Below, one piece after another: positions 39,474 to 50,636 of a DNA stretch of 64,000 bases; position 1 is the first letter of the stretch; every line of letters starts with the position of its first letter. The stretch spans positions 2,080,001 through 2,144,000 of the forward strand of contig OZ240241.1 of assembly GCA_965198115.1 (NCBI GenBank), given 5' to 3'. The position numbers and the translations under genes were made by a program. This DNA is from Candidatus Latescibacterota bacterium (GTDB taxonomy: Bacteria > Latescibacterota > UBA2968). Below the pieces are notes generated by a model. It was not told the origin of the DNA. It saw nothing but the letters and a program-made list of their open reading frames with translations, and did not search any database.

Positions 39474-40942
39474 GACGATTCCCGCTCAGGCTACGCATCA
39501 TTCTCGCGCTCGTACTCCTCGCGGCTGGGACGTCGGCTGCCGTATCGGGTCTCACGACCTACTTTCTCCAACGGACACCCCAGGTCAGCACGAACCCGGA
39601 ATTGGGCGGCGCCCTCCAGGATGCGCTCTCCCTCGCCAAGAGGGACTACGACGCTCGTAAGACTCGACTTTTGGCCCTCGGAAACCAAATGTCCCGGGAC
39701 CCGAGGGTCCTGGACACCTTCGTCAGAGGCGATGATGACGAACTCGCCCGACTGGTCGAAAGCCGTGCGCCCTCGAGCCGCCTCACCGCGCACTTTGCGC
39801 CAGCCGCTGAGGCACTGACCAGAACCAAGCCCGCTGTTGGGCGAACGGCAGGAGAAAACGCGGCCCTGCGCTTGACGGTCCCGCTTATTCAAGACGAAAA
39901 ATCCGTCGGTACCCTCATCGTAGACGACTCTCTCCGCGAATTGCTCAATATCGAACGAGCGCTCCAGACCTACGGCCACATCGAAATGATTGTCGACGAA
40001 ATGCGGAAAGGTCTGTTCCTGAGCTACCTCGTCATCGGGGCGGTTGCGATGATCCTCGCCCTGCTCATCGGACTCCGGATCGGCATCGGCATCACCAATC
40101 CGCTCAGCACCCTGATCCGCGGGACACGTGAGCTCGCGCGGGACAACCTCGATTACCGGATCCCGGTGGGCCCATCAGACGAGATCGGAATGCTGATCGA
40201 CTCGTTCAACCATATGGCGACCGACCTTCAGGAGAACCGGCGGAGACGGGTCGAGGCCGAAAAGGTCGCCGCCTGGAGAGAAATCGCGCGTCGTCTCGCG
40301 CACGAAATCAAAAATCCCCTGACCCCCATACAGTTGACCGTCCAGCAGATGCGCGACAAATACACCGGGACGGACGACACCTACACAAAGCTGTTGAACG
40401 ACTGTACCGAAATCGTGACTGAGGAAGTCGAAAGCCTGCGATCGCTCGTCCAGGAATTCGCAGAATTCGCCCGGATGCCCAAACTCGCCCTGATGCCGCA
40501 CGACGTGAACGCCGCCATCAAGGACACGCTCAGGCTGTATCCCGACACGCAGGTCCGAATGGATCTGGACGAGCACGCGCCGCAGCTCCAGCTCGACGTC
40601 GAGGGATTTCGCCGTGTGCTCATCAACCTCGTCGAAAACGCATTCGACGCCGGCGGCGAGAACAGCGCCATCACCATACGGACGGCTCTGCAGGGCCAGC
40701 ACGTCGTCCTCGACATCATCGATGAGGGACCGGGTGTGGCGAACCAGGATCGCGAACGCATATTCCAACCCTACGTATCCACCAAAGAGGGTGGAACGGG
40801 GCTCGGATTGGCCATGGTACGAAGCATCGTGGAGGAGCACGGAGGAACGATCGCCGTTACCGACAGCGCCGGGGGTGGCGCACGGTTCCAGATTCGCCTG
40901 CCCGTCACCCCGCAAAACGCCTCGACGGAGGTACTATCATGA
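39470..40942 (+). CDS. HAMP-domain sensor histidine kinase (NtrY-like)
   Basis: Two TM segments, DEIG.L..SFN.M, AWREIARRLAHEIKNPLTPIQL, D.GPG, STK.GGTGLGL. Confidence 0.93.
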   Translation: MRRFPLRLRIILALVLLAAGTSAAVSGLTTYFLQRTPQVSTNPELGGALQDALSLAKRDYDARKTRLLALGNQMSRDPRVLDTFVRGDDDELARLVESRAPSSRLTAHFAPAAEALTRTKPAVGRTAGENAALRLTVPLIQDEKSVGTLIVDDSLRELLNIERALQTYGHIEMIVDEMRKGLFLSYLVIGAVAMILALLIGLRIGIGITNPLSTLIRGTRELARDNLDYRIPVGPSDEIGMLIDSFNHMATDLQENRRRRVEAEKVAAWREIARRLAHEIKNPLTPIQLTVQQMRDKYTGTDDTYTKLLNDCTEIVTEEVESLRSLVQEFAEFARMPKLALMPHDVNAAIKDTLRLYPDTQVRMDLDEHAPQLQLDVEGFRRVLINLVENAFDAGGENSAITIRTALQGQHVVLDIIDEGPGVANQDRERIFQPYVSTKEGGTGLGLAMVRSIVEEHGGTIAVTDSAGGGARFQIRLPVTPQNASTEVLS

Positions 40943-42318
40943 ACGGAAAGACCATTCTCGTCGTCGATGACGAGCGGAACATCAGACGTTCCCTCGAGAT
41001 GATTCTCAAGGGTGAAGGCTTCGATGTTGTCTGTGCCGATTCCGCGGATCGGGCACTCGAAGCGGTCGTAGAGACACGCATCGACGTTGCGCTGCTGGAC
41101 ATCGTCATGCCCGGAATGAACGGGATCGACGCCCTGAAGATCCTTCAGGAACGTCATCCCTACATCGCCGTCATCATCATTACCGGCCACGGCACCGTAC
41201 AGGACGCCGTTCAGGCGACACGGCTCGGTGCCTACGATTTTCTGGAGAAACCGCTCTCACGCGAGAAAGTGCTGTTGTCCGTCTCGCACGCGCTCGAATC
41301 GTCGGGCCTGGCGCAGGAAAACCAGGCGCTCCGAAAGCGCGTCGAGGCCAGTTATGAAATGGTGGGTGAAAGTCCCGCGCTCGAAGCGATTCGCAGCCAG
41401 ATCGGCAAAGTCGCGCCGACCAACGGCCGTGTGATGATCCTCGGCGAGAGTGGGACTGGCAAAGAGCTCATTGCGCGCGACATCCACAGTCAGAGCCATC
41501 GAGCAGATGGCCCGTTCATCAAGGTCAACTGTGCTGCCATACCCGAAGAACTCATCGAAAGCGAGCTGTTCGGAAGCGACAAGGGCGCATTTACCGGCGC
41601 CGTCAGCCAGCGCGATGGAAAATTCCTGCAGGCCGACGGCGGGACTCTGTTTCTCGACGAAATAGGAGACATGAGTCTCAGCGTCCAGGCCAAAGTACTA
41701 CGTGCGCTCGAGCAGGGCGAATTCGAGCGGGTCGGTGGATCGGAAACGATCCGCGTCGATGTCCGAGTTCTCGCCGCGACGAACAAAGACCTCGAATCAC
41801 AGGTCGAAAAAGGCGAATTCAGAGAGGATCTTTTCTTCCGCCTCAACGTCGTGCCGATCGTCGCGCCACCCTTGCGCGACCGGAGAGGCGATGTTCCCCT
41901 CCTCGTCAATCACTTCCTCGAACTCTACGCCGAGACCAACGACTTTCGCCCCAAGTCCGTCGCTCCCGAGGCCGTCGATGCCTTGTGCCGACACGCGTGG
42001 CCGGGCAACATCCGTGAGCTCAAAAACCTGGTCGAGCGGCTGTCGATCATGGTATCCGGGGACACGGTTCACGAGGTCGATCTGCCCGCTCTGGACGGAC
42101 TGGATAGCAAAGCGACTTCGGACTCGCCCGGTGGGTCGGGTTGGCCTACAATTTCTACGGGGTTGACCCTGAAGGAAGTGCGAGAGCAGATCGAGCGGCA
42201 CTACATTTCGAATGCGCTCGAATCGTGTGGATGGAATGTCACTCAGACAGCCAGAACCTTGGGTATTGAGCGAACGAACTTGCACAAGAAGATCAAGTAC
42301 TACGCCCTTGAGCGTTGA
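40939..42318 (+). CDS. Sigma54-dependent response regulator (NtrC/NtrX family)
   Basis: Receiver domain, [34 protein letters not shown], Fis-type HTH. Confidence 0.95.
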   Translation: MNGKTILVVDDERNIRRSLEMILKGEGFDVVCADSADRALEAVVETRIDVALLDIVMPGMNGIDALKILQERHPYIAVIIITGHGTVQDAVQATRLGAYDFLEKPLSREKVLLSVSHALESSGLAQENQALRKRVEASYEMVGESPALEAIRSQIGKVAPTNGRVMILGESGTGKELIARDIHSQSHRADGPFIKVNCAAIPEELIESELFGSDKGAFTGAVSQRDGKFLQADGGTLFLDEIGDMSLSVQAKVLRALEQGEFERVGGSETIRVDVRVLAATNKDLESQVEKGEFREDLFFRLNVVPIVAPPLRDRRGDVPLLVNHFLELYAETNDFRPKSVAPEAVDALCRHAWPGNIRELKNLVERLSIMVSGDTVHEVDLPALDGLDSKATSDSPGGSGWPTISTGLTLKEVREQIERHYISNALESCGWNVTQTARTLGIERTNLHKKIKYYALER

Positions 42319-43450
42319 AGTCGGTCGTCGCCTCGTACCGACGCTTGCGGCTATCCTTCTGTGCACGACGCATCTGTGCGCCCAGAAAGAGCCTGGGCTC
42401 AACCTGTCGCGCAACGGCGTCCTGCACTACAACCGCGTCGAGGGCCTCTACGCCGGTTACCGTCTGAAAGCCTCGCCCAAGCGGGCCCGCAAGGTCACTC
42501 TATTCGTCGACGGCGGCTTCGGATTCCACCTGCAGGAACCCCGATGGGAGGCTGGCGTCACCTATCAGACGCGCAAAGCGCGGATGGGGCTGACCGCTTT
42601 CGACAGGACCGAAACCAACGACCGCGACATCATTCGGACGGGCGAGAACACCTTCAACGCCCTTCTCTTCAAAGGCGACTACCGGGACTACTTTCGGGCC
42701 CGAAACGGCTTTTCTCTGTCGAGCAAATATCGCCTTCGCAAAAACCTCGACCTCAGGAGCAGCATCACCGCTTTTGCCTACCGCTCGATGCCCGTGGAGG
42801 TAGAGTGGAGCATCTATCGAAACGGAAGGCCTTTTCGGCAGAATCCGGCGGTGAGGGAGGGCGATGCGGGCCAAGTACAGATCGGCGTCGTCTACGATGA
42901 CCGACGAAAAGGACCGATCTTCAGGAACGGGACACTCATCTCAGCGACCTACGAGCGTGGGTTCCGCGAATTCCCTTTCGACGGGTTTCTTCTCGCCCTG
43001 AACCGACGCCAGAAGACGATTTTCGGAAAGCAAGCCTTCATCCTACGCTTCCTGGCCGGAAGTCGAGAAAGCATCGATGAGCAATTTCTGTTCGATCTGG
43101 GGGGGGTCAGCACGCTCCGTGGCTACCGAATCAAGGAGTTCACGGGCAACCGGGTCCTCCAGTTGAATGTCGACTACCTCTTCAAGGGGGATCTCCTGGG
43201 CCGCATTCGGGTCAAGGGCACTCACCTGCTCGAGTTGATCCTCTTCGCCGATGCCGGCTGGCTACAGACGACACCCCGTTCGAAGAACCTGTTCAGCGGA
43301 TTCAGTGACTTCCGAGTCGGCGATATCAAGACCAGCGTCGGCGCCGCTGTTTCCCTCTACCGGCAACTCATCCGGTTCAACGTCGCCCGCCGACTCGACG
43401 GCGACATCGACGATTGGACTTTTTCCCTCCGATTCAAACGCGAGCTGTAG
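42308..43450 (+). CDS. Outer membrane beta-barrel protein (Omp85-like, no POTRA evident)
   Basis: Signal peptide, YNRVEG, DLGGVSTLRGY..KEF.G, amphipathic C-terminal strand; start uncertain. Confidence 0.75.
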   Translation: MSVEVGRRLVPTLAAILLCTTHLCAQKEPGLNLSRNGVLHYNRVEGLYAGYRLKASPKRARKVTLFVDGGFGFHLQEPRWEAGVTYQTRKARMGLTAFDRTETNDRDIIRTGENTFNALLFKGDYRDYFRARNGFSLSSKYRLRKNLDLRSSITAFAYRSMPVEVEWSIYRNGRPFRQNPAVREGDAGQVQIGVVYDDRRKGPIFRNGTLISATYERGFREFPFDGFLLALNRRQKTIFGKQAFILRFLAGSRESIDEQFLFDLGGVSTLRGYRIKEFTGNRVLQLNVDYLFKGDLLGRIRVKGTHLLELILFADAGWLQTTPRSKNLFSGFSDFRVGDIKTSVGAAVSLYRQLIRFNVARRLDGDIDDWTFSLRFKREL

Positions 43451-43616
43451 CTAAGAGCCGTTGTCCATTGTCCATAAGAATCGATAAGGCCGCCCGAACG
43501 CGACTCGATCAAAGGGCAGCCTTCTTGTTTCCAACCAGCAAACTCTGGTCACTGGTCAATGGTCACAGGTCAATGCTTCCCGCCACCATCCTCCGTCCAC
43601 CGCGTCTACCGCCGCA

Positions 43617-44612
43617 CTATATGTCAACATCAAGGCTCTTCCCCAACTTCGCCGACTTTCGTGCCGCGTCCAACACCTGCATCACGCGCAGGGCGTGTTC
43701 ACCGGTGATGATCAGATCCTTCCCTTCGCGCAGATGCTCGGCGATGTTCACGTGCAGACTCTCTCGATCGATGGCCTTTGACCGCCGCAACTCGTAGTCC
43801 TCGCCCCAAACCGTCACCGTCTCGCCACGCCCTCCCTCATCGGTCAGCGTCGCCTCCGTTCCCAGAACGAACCACTTGTAGGGAAGTCCGGCGTAGGAGA
43901 TGTCCGCCTTGCCGGCTCTGGCCCGAACGCCATCCTCGAAGATCATCGTAATGTCGAACAGATCCTCCGCATCGCCCCATTTGATGTGGCGCACGTCTGC
44001 GAAGATCTGAACGACCCTCTTTCCGTCGAAGAGATCCAACACCTGCTCGACCCAATGCGGACCGAAATCGAACATCGTCCCCCCGCCGGCCGATGCAGTG
44101 ATTCGCCACGCCTGATTGTAGTCCGGAACGCCGAACCCGACCGCCGGGCGCGCCCCCATCGTTCGGTTTTCGACATACACGAGGTCACCAACCAGTCCGT
44201 CCTCAACGGCGGATTTGACGCGTCGGTAATCGTTGTCGAAATGCCGGTTGTGATAAACCGTCAGTGTGACCCCGTTGGTCTTCGCGGCCGAAAGCATCTC
44301 CTCGGCCTGCGCCGCTTCGAGCGCCATCGGTTTTTCGATCAGCGTGTGTCTCTTCGCCTCAGCCACACGGAGTGCGTCGGCATAGTGGGCCGACGAGTGC
44401 GTCGTGATCAGCACGAACTCGACATCCCAGGACAGCAATTCATCCAGGCTGTCCGTCGCCCTCAATCCCTCTTCGGCAGCTGCCTCACGACGCGATTCGG
44501 TGATGTCGCACACGCCCTGTATGTCATAAAGCTCACAGTCACGCATCGCACCCAGGTGATGGTTCGACGCCATACGACCGAAACCAACGATACCTGTTCT
44601 GATCGGCTCCAT
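43617..44612 (-). CDS. Gfo/Idh/MocA family oxidoreductase
   Basis: GIVGFGRMA, EKPMA, YHNRHFD, GGG.MFDFGPH. Confidence 0.92.
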   Translation of the reverse strand: MEPIRTGIVGFGRMASNHHLGAMRDCELYDIQGVCDITESRREAAAEEGLRATDSLDELLSWDVEFVLITTHSSAHYADALRVAEAKRHTLIEKPMALEAAQAEEMLSAAKTNGVTLTVYHNRHFDNDYRRVKSAVEDGLVGDLVYVENRTMGARPAVGFGVPDYNQAWRITASAGGGTMFDFGPHWVEQVLDLFDGKRVVQIFADVRHIKWGDAEDLFDITMIFEDGVRARAGKADISYAGLPYKWFVLGTEATLTDEGGRGETVTVWGEDYELRRSKAIDRESLHVNIAEHLREGKDLIITGEHALRVMQVLDAARKSAKLGKSLDVDI

Positions 44613-44639
44613 CTTCTTCTCCCTATCCGTTCATAACGA

Positions 44640-44667
44640 AAAACGGGCAGGAAAGATCCCGCCCGCT
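44640..44667 (-). terminator. Intrinsic terminator after ahcY
   Basis: Minus strand: cgggcggga-tctt-tcctgcccg-ttttt. Confidence 0.65.
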
Positions 44668-44723
44668 ATTGCTTCTACACACCCGTCTGTCTGTGGACAC
44701 GCCTCTCCGTCTCACGATCGATT

Positions 44724-46163
44724 CTAGTACTTGTAGTGCTCCGGCTTGTAGGGTCCGTTCACGGGCACACCAATGTAGTCCGCTTGATGCTCCGACAGCT
44801 CTGTCAGTTTTACACCCAGTTTATCCAGGTGGAGCCGAGCCACTTCCTCATCCAGGTGTTTCGAAAGGCGGTAGACATCGATGGGGCGCTGGTTCTCCCA
44901 GAGGTCGATCTGCGCGAGGACTTGATTCGTGAACGAGTTGGACATCACGAACGAAGGATGACCCGTGGCGCACCCCAGATTCACGAGTCGTCCTTCGGCC
45001 AGAATATACAGGGAGCGACCGTCGGGGAACGTATACTTGTCGACCTGGGGCTTCACTTCTTCCTTGACGATGCCGGGGAACGATTCCAGCTTCTCGATCT
45101 GAATCTCGTTGTCGAAGTGGCCGATGTTACAGACGATGGACTGATCGAGCATCTTCTCCAGGTGCTCGATTCGGATGATGTCGCAGTTGCCGGTCGTCGT
45201 CACGTAAATGTTCGCCTCACCCAGCGCGTCTTCGATCGGCTTGACCTCGTAGCCTTCCATCGCCGCCTGCAACGCGCAGATCGGATCGACCTCCGTCACG
45301 ATCACGCGAGCACCGAATCCGCGCATCGACTGGGCGCACCCCTTGCCCACATCGCCGTATCCGCAGACTACCACGACCTTGCCCGCCACCATCACGTCCG
45401 TTGCCCGCTTTATCCCGTCGGCCAGCGACTCGCGACAACCATACAGATTGTCAAATTTGGATTTGGTCACAGAATCGTTCACGTTGATCGCCGGAAACAG
45501 CAGACGTCCTTCCTCCTTCATTTGATACAGTCGATGAACGCCCGTCGTCGTCTCCTCGGAAACACCCTTGAGCTCCCCGGTGATACGGTGCCAGAATTGG
45601 TTGTCTCGATCGAGCTGACGCTTGAGGATCGCGTTGATGATCGCCAACTCGCGATTGTCCGTCGGCTCGTCCAAAATCGTCGGGTCGTCCTCTGCCGCGT
45701 GACCCCGATGAACCAGCAGCGTGGCATCGCCGCCGTCGTCGACGATGAGTTGCGGACCCTGCCCGTTCCGGAAGCTGAGCGCCTGGAGCGTACACTCCCA
45801 ATATTCCTCGAGCGTTTCTCCTTTCCACGCGAAAACCGGCGTCCCGCCCTCGGCAATCGCGGCAGCCGCGTGATCCTGAGTCGAAAAGATGTTGCACGAC
45901 GCCCACCGAACGTCCCCCCCGAGTGCCTTGAGGGTTTCGATCAAGACGGCTGTCTGGATCGTCATGTGCAAGGACCCCGTGATCCGGATTCCATCGAGGG
46001 GCTTCTTTCCCCCATATTTTTGCCGGACGGCCATCAGACCAGGCATTTCCTGCTCGGCGATCGTGATTTCGCGTCGTCCGAACCCCGTTTCCGCCTCGTC
46101 GGAGATCTTGTAGTTCAACCCTGAGTAGTCGGGCAGTTTGATTTCATCGACTGCGATCGGCAT
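44724..46163 (-). CDS. ahcY: Adenosylhomocysteinase
   Basis: [45 protein letters not shown]. Confidence 0.98.
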   Translation of the reverse strand: MPIAVDEIKLPDYSGLNYKISDEAETGFGRREITIAEQEMPGLMAVRQKYGGKKPLDGIRITGSLHMTIQTAVLIETLKALGGDVRWASCNIFSTQDHAAAAIAEGGTPVFAWKGETLEEYWECTLQALSFRNGQGPQLIVDDGGDATLLVHRGHAAEDDPTILDEPTDNRELAIINAILKRQLDRDNQFWHRITGELKGVSEETTTGVHRLYQMKEEGRLLFPAINVNDSVTKSKFDNLYGCRESLADGIKRATDVMVAGKVVVVCGYGDVGKGCAQSMRGFGARVIVTEVDPICALQAAMEGYEVKPIEDALGEANIYVTTTGNCDIIRIEHLEKMLDQSIVCNIGHFDNEIQIEKLESFPGIVKEEVKPQVDKYTFPDGRSLYILAEGRLVNLGCATGHPSFVMSNSFTNQVLAQIDLWENQRPIDVYRLSKHLDEEVARLHLDKLGVKLTELSEHQADYIGVPVNGPYKPEHYKY

Positions 46164-46214
46164 GGCGCATCCTTTGTAGTGACGAGCGTCGCTCGTGTAT
46201 CCGTCATCGACCGA

Positions 46215-47375
46215 CTAGATGCGGGCGTCCCGTTTCAGGGCGGCCGCCTTGTCGGTGTTCTCCCACGTGAAACCCTCACCCCGCCGACCGAAGTGGCCAT
46301 AAGCGGCTGTCGCTGTGTAAACCGGTCGTAGCAACTTAAGCTTTCTGATGATGCCGGTCGGTGTCAGGTCGAAGTGCTTTTCGATCAGCGAAACGAGCGT
46401 TTCGTCGTCGACTTTCCCCGTTCCAAACGTGTCCACCCCGATCGACACCGGTCGGGCCACCCCAATCGCGTAGGCCATATGTACCTCGCATCGGGAAGCG
46501 AGACCCGCCTTCACCACGTTCTTGGCCACCCACCGGGCCGCGTAATGGGCGCTTCGGTCAACCTTGCTCGGATCCTTACCAGAGAACGCGCCCCCACCGT
46601 GTCGACCCATTCCGCCGTAGGTGTCGACAATGATCTTGCGACCGGTCAGGCCAGTGTCACCGTGCGGGCCACCCACGACGAACCTGCCCGTCGGGTTGAC
46701 GTGGTAGATCGTATCCCGATCGAGGAACCTCGCAGGGACGGTGGGCCTGATCACCTGCTTGATGATGTCATTCGTAATCCGCGAATGGCTGACCTTGTCG
46801 TCGTGCTGGGTCGAGATGACGACAGTGTGGACACGAACCGGTCTGCCGTCCTCGTACTCCACCGTCACCTGGGACTTGCTGTCTGGCCTCAGATACGGAA
46901 TCTTCCGCCCCTTGCGAAGTCGTGCGAGCCTTTGGACCAGCTTGTGGGCCATCATGATCGGGAGCGGCATCAACTCGGGTGTTTCCCGACACGCGTAACC
47001 AAACATCATTCCCTGATCGCCGGCACCCTGCTCCTCGTGCAAGCCTTCTCCCGCAGAGACACCCTGCGAAATGTCCGGCGACTGCTGGTGAAGGGCGATC
47101 AGGACGCCGCACGACTGCGCATCGAAGCCGTATGCCGAGTCCGTGTATCCGATCTTCGAGATCGTATCACGAACGATGTCGGACACGTCGACGTAGGCCT
47201 TGCTCGTCACTTCTCCGGAGACAATCACCTGGCCGGTCGTCACGAGCGTTTCACACGCGACCCGCGACCGCGGGTCCTGCGCGAGCATCGCATCCAGGAC
47301 GGCATCCGATATCTGGTCACTGACTTTATCCGGGTGTCCTTCGGAAACGGACTCGGACGTGAAGAGATGACGCAT
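46215..47375 (-). CDS. metK: Methionine adenosyltransferase
   Basis: [39 protein letters not shown]. Confidence 0.98.
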   Translation of the reverse strand: MRHLFTSESVSEGHPDKVSDQISDAVLDAMLAQDPRSRVACETLVTTGQVIVSGEVTSKAYVDVSDIVRDTISKIGYTDSAYGFDAQSCGVLIALHQQSPDISQGVSAGEGLHEEQGAGDQGMMFGYACRETPELMPLPIMMAHKLVQRLARLRKGRKIPYLRPDSKSQVTVEYEDGRPVRVHTVVISTQHDDKVSHSRITNDIIKQVIRPTVPARFLDRDTIYHVNPTGRFVVGGPHGDTGLTGRKIIVDTYGGMGRHGGGAFSGKDPSKVDRSAHYAARWVAKNVVKAGLASRCEVHMAYAIGVARPVSIGVDTFGTGKVDDETLVSLIEKHFDLTPTGIIRKLKLLRPVYTATAAYGHFGRRGEGFTWENTDKAAALKRDARI

Positions 47376-47436
47376 ACAAACTCCGATTCTAGGTGGCGGA
47401 CAATTCGTCGGAGCACGCTACTCCGACCCGGTCCGG

Positions 47437-48444
47437 TCAATACAGACTGACTTGCGAAGACTCTCCGACGTTGAGACGGCGGCTTCCTGCTTCGACGACG
47501 GCTTGATCGCCGATGAGCGAATGTTCGAGATTGCAGCCCTTCAGGTGGGCGCCGCTCCCGACGATCGTGTCGCGCAGGACGGATTCTTCGATCAACGCGT
47601 CCTCTCCCACCGACACATAAGGACCGATCACCGAGCGCGTGATGTTAGCGGAAGGGGCAATATGGACGGGAGGTACTATAACGACGCCATCCCGCGGCGC
47701 CGGAGCGGCCGCGCGTCCGAGCAGGTGGCGATTGGTCTCCAGCAGCGACTCGGGCGCCCCGCAGTCGAACCACTTCTCTACTGGAAAGGCCTCCAGATGC
47801 GCGCCGCCGTCGACCATCATGCTGAAGGCGTCCGTCAGTTGGTATTCGCCACGCGTACGTACGTCCTCGGCGACAAGACGCGCCAGACACTCGAACAACC
47901 TCGAACTGTCGCGAATCAGATTGACGCCCACGATCGCCATGTTCGAAACGAACGACTCGGGTTTCTCAACGAGCCGAACGATGCGATCGCCTTCCAGCTC
48001 AACGACGCCGAATCGACTCGGGTCTTCCACCCGGCGCACGCCGATCGCCCCATCGGCGTCGCGGGAGACGGCATCCTCGAGCCCCCCCTCGAACACCGTG
48101 TCGCCATACACAATTAAAACCGGAAGGCCCTTCGTGAGGGGTGCGGCAAGGTGGACCGCGTGACCCAAGCCCTGCGGGTGCGGTTGTTCGATCGCTTCGA
48201 CTTCGCAGTCGTCGTAGTGCGACTTGGCGAAGGCCAGTATCTGTTCGCCACGGTAGCCCACGATCAGGGCGATTCGTCGGATACCCAGTCGGACGACTTC
48301 GTCCAGAATGTAGCCGAGGATCGGCTTCCCACCGACGGTGAGTAGCGGCTTGGGTGTCGTATGTGTGTGTGGTCGCAGCCGTGTGCCCACACCGGCCGCG
48401 GGAATGATCGCCCAACCCTCCGAAAGATCAGTTGAGGTAGGCAG
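47437..48444 (-). CDS. Sugar-phosphate nucleotidyltransferase (long-form glucose-1-phosphate thymidylyltransferase-like), probable CTG start
   Basis: AIIPAAGVGTRLRP.T...PKP, GLGHAV, LVEKP, GEYQLTD and C-terminal hexapeptide repeats. The motif begins upstream of the first canonical start (48390). Confidence 0.88.
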   Translation of the reverse strand: MPTSTDLSEGWAIIPAAGVGTRLRPHTHTTPKPLLTVGGKPILGYILDEVVRLGIRRIALIVGYRGEQILAFAKSHYDDCEVEAIEQPHPQGLGHAVHLAAPLTKGLPVLIVYGDTVFEGGLEDAVSRDADGAIGVRRVEDPSRFGVVELEGDRIVRLVEKPESFVSNMAIVGVNLIRDSSRLFECLARLVAEDVRTRGEYQLTDAFSMMVDGGAHLEAFPVEKWFDCGAPESLLETNRHLLGRAAAPAPRDGVVIVPPVHIAPSANITRSVIGPYVSVGEDALIEESVLRDTIVGSGAHLKGCNLEHSLIGDQAVVEAGSRRLNVGESSQVSLY

Positions 48445-50221
48445 CGGTGCCCTCCACGGTCCCTCGCGTCACCCTCTCGCGAATCGCATCTCTCGTCGTC
48501 AGGGACATCACATCGTCCGCCAAAGCCGCAGCGTCGCTGAACCGAATGTTCCGAACGGCCTGCTTCACATCGAACAGCGAGGGCGTACTCATGCTCAGGC
48601 CGTCCACACCCATGCCGAGGAGTAGAATCGCACACGCCGGGTCGCCCGCCATTTCGCCACAAACGGTGACCGGAACGCCGTGCGCCTTCCCGGCGTCCAC
48701 GATCTGTTTGATCAGTCGAACGATCGAGGGGTGGTAAGGGTCGAACAGGTAGGCTACTCGGTCGTTGCCTCGATCGACGGCAAGGGTGTATTGGATCAGA
48801 TCGTTCGTCCCGATACTCAGGAAATCGACGTAACGGGCGAGCTCATCGGCTAGCAGCGCGGCCGATGGCACCTCGATCATGGCCCCGACTTGAATCGACT
48901 CATCGAAGGGGACTTTTTCTTCGCCCAGATCCGCTTTCGCCTGTTCCAGGGCCGCTAGAGCCTGGTGCAGTTCTTCGACCGTCGCGATCATCGGAAACAT
49001 GACGTGCACTTCGCCAAAGGCGCTCGCCCGCAGAATCGCCCGAAGCTGGGCCTGAAACATCTCTGGTCGTGACAGGGAAACGCGGATGGCCCGCCAGCCC
49101 AGAAACGGGTTCATCTCGTCCTCGCCGTGATCGAGATAGGGCATCTTGTCCCCACCCAGGTCGAGCGTCCGAATGACGGTCGGCTGGGGAGCCACGCGCT
49201 CCGCCAGCCCACGGTAGACCTCCGCCTGTTCAGATTCACTCGGATCGGAGGACGTCGCAAGGAACAGATATTCGGTTCGGAACAGACCGACCCCCTCCGC
49301 TCCGTTGTTCAGGCCCGACTGCGCTTCGATCGGCAGTTCGATGTTGACCATCAGCTGGACGCGGCGCCCGTCTTCGGTCTCTGCGGGCAGATCGCGGAGT
49401 TTCGCCAGACCTTCGCGTTCGACCTTGCGTTGCCCGGCCTCCTGCTCGTATCGCTCCAGTGTCTCGGCATCGGGGTTGATGATCACCAGACCGCGTGTGC
49501 CGTCTACGACGGTCATATCACCCGGCTGGAGCGCGTCGACCACATCCCTCACGCCCACGACGCACGGAATCTCCATCCCCCGGGCCATGATGGCGGTGTG
49601 GGAGGTCCGCCCTCCAACTTCCGAAACGATGCCATGTACGTGGTCTGACTGAATGTGGACCATGTCGGCGACCTGCATGTCGTGCGCGACGACAATCGCG
49701 TCGTAATCGAGCTGATCCAGGAACGACTCTTCTCGTTCGCACAGCTTGGCCATCACACGGCGTTCGACCTCGTGGAGATCCGACTTCCGGGACCGGAAGT
49801 AGGAGTCCTGGATCGTATCGAAACGGCGTGCCATCTCCCGAACCGTGACCCGATAGGCATACTCGGCGTGATAGCGATAGACCCGAATCCGCTCAATCGT
49901 GGGTTCGCACAGAGACCGGTCCTGGGCCATGAGAAGGTGGGCGTCCAGAATCTGTGCGTGTTCCTTGCCCAGCTTCTCTTCGACCTGATCGCGAATCACT
50001 CTCAGATCATCGCCCGCTTCCTCCACCGCCCGATCGAATCGCCCTACCTCATCTTCAATCCGCTCCTCGGCGATCTGGCCGTAGTCGATCCAGAAATCCG
50101 CGGGATCGAGAATGAAAACGGGTCCGATCGAAACGCCGGGGGAGGCTGGGGTGCCCTGCAGCGTTTCCGAGGGTCGTGCGTGACCGTTACCGTGTGAAGC
50201 TGATGTCGATTGTTGCGCCAA
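48428..50221 (-). CDS. ptsI: Phosphoenolpyruvate-protein phosphotransferase (PTS enzyme I)
   Basis: GGRTSHTAI, GVGLFRTE, RTLDLGGDK, NPFLGWR, SIGTNDL.QY, CGE. Confidence 0.97.
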   Translation of the reverse strand: MAQQSTSASHGNGHARPSETLQGTPASPGVSIGPVFILDPADFWIDYGQIAEERIEDEVGRFDRAVEEAGDDLRVIRDQVEEKLGKEHAQILDAHLLMAQDRSLCEPTIERIRVYRYHAEYAYRVTVREMARRFDTIQDSYFRSRKSDLHEVERRVMAKLCEREESFLDQLDYDAIVVAHDMQVADMVHIQSDHVHGIVSEVGGRTSHTAIMARGMEIPCVVGVRDVVDALQPGDMTVVDGTRGLVIINPDAETLERYEQEAGQRKVEREGLAKLRDLPAETEDGRRVQLMVNIELPIEAQSGLNNGAEGVGLFRTEYLFLATSSDPSESEQAEVYRGLAERVAPQPTVIRTLDLGGDKMPYLDHGEDEMNPFLGWRAIRVSLSRPEMFQAQLRAILRASAFGEVHVMFPMIATVEELHQALAALEQAKADLGEEKVPFDESIQVGAMIEVPSAALLADELARYVDFLSIGTNDLIQYTLAVDRGNDRVAYLFDPYHPSIVRLIKQIVDAGKAHGVPVTVCGEMAGDPACAILLLGMGVDGLSMSTPSLFDVKQAVRNIRFSDAAALADDVMSLTTRDAIRERVTRGTVEGTAAYLN

Positions 50222-50250
50222 GTTTCCCCGTGGTGTAAGAAGGGCTCCGA

Positions 50251-50511
50251 TCAGTCGAAGTCGCCACTGATCATCCCTGTGAGTTTTTCGACGGCCGTCT
50301 CGTCGTCGGGTCCTTCCGCCCGTACCGTGATCTCCGACCCGACTTCCGCGGCCAGCATCATAACGCCCATGATGCTCTTCCCGTTAACCTCGAGACCATC
50401 TTTGATGAACGTGATTTCCGCCTGAAACTGCGATGCTGCCTGTACTAAATAAGCAGCAGGCCGTGCGTGAATACCCAGCCTGTTCTTCACCGTCGCGACT
50501 TGCTCTACCAT
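50251..50511 (-). CDS. ptsH: HPr phosphocarrier protein
   Basis: GIHARPA (His15), NGKSIMGVM (Ser46). Confidence 0.96.
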   Translation of the reverse strand: MVEQVATVKNRLGIHARPAAYLVQAASQFQAEITFIKDGLEVNGKSIMGVMMLAAEVGSEITVRAEGPDDETAVEKLTGMISGDFD

Positions 50512-50607
50512 CGGCGCTGACCATCGGATCGGGGCCGGCGATTGGTGGCAATGTGGGGATGGAACATCTTGTGCAGTCGTCGTTTAGGAGAGAATTTCTG
50601 CCCGTGG

Positions 50608-50636
50608 AATCTATAAATGCGACCCATTTCTGTCAA
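50608..50636 (-). promoter_or_regulatory. Sigma70-type promoter upstream of ptsH
   Basis: TTGACA-17 nt-TAGATT on the minus strand. Confidence 0.65.

Noticed and set aside
44736-46124. Long antisense ORFs (44736..46124, 46374..47450, 53561..54883, 7434..8564 and others)
   Set aside because: They are shadows of real genes on the opposite strand, expected in GC-rich DNA, and have no recognisable motifs.
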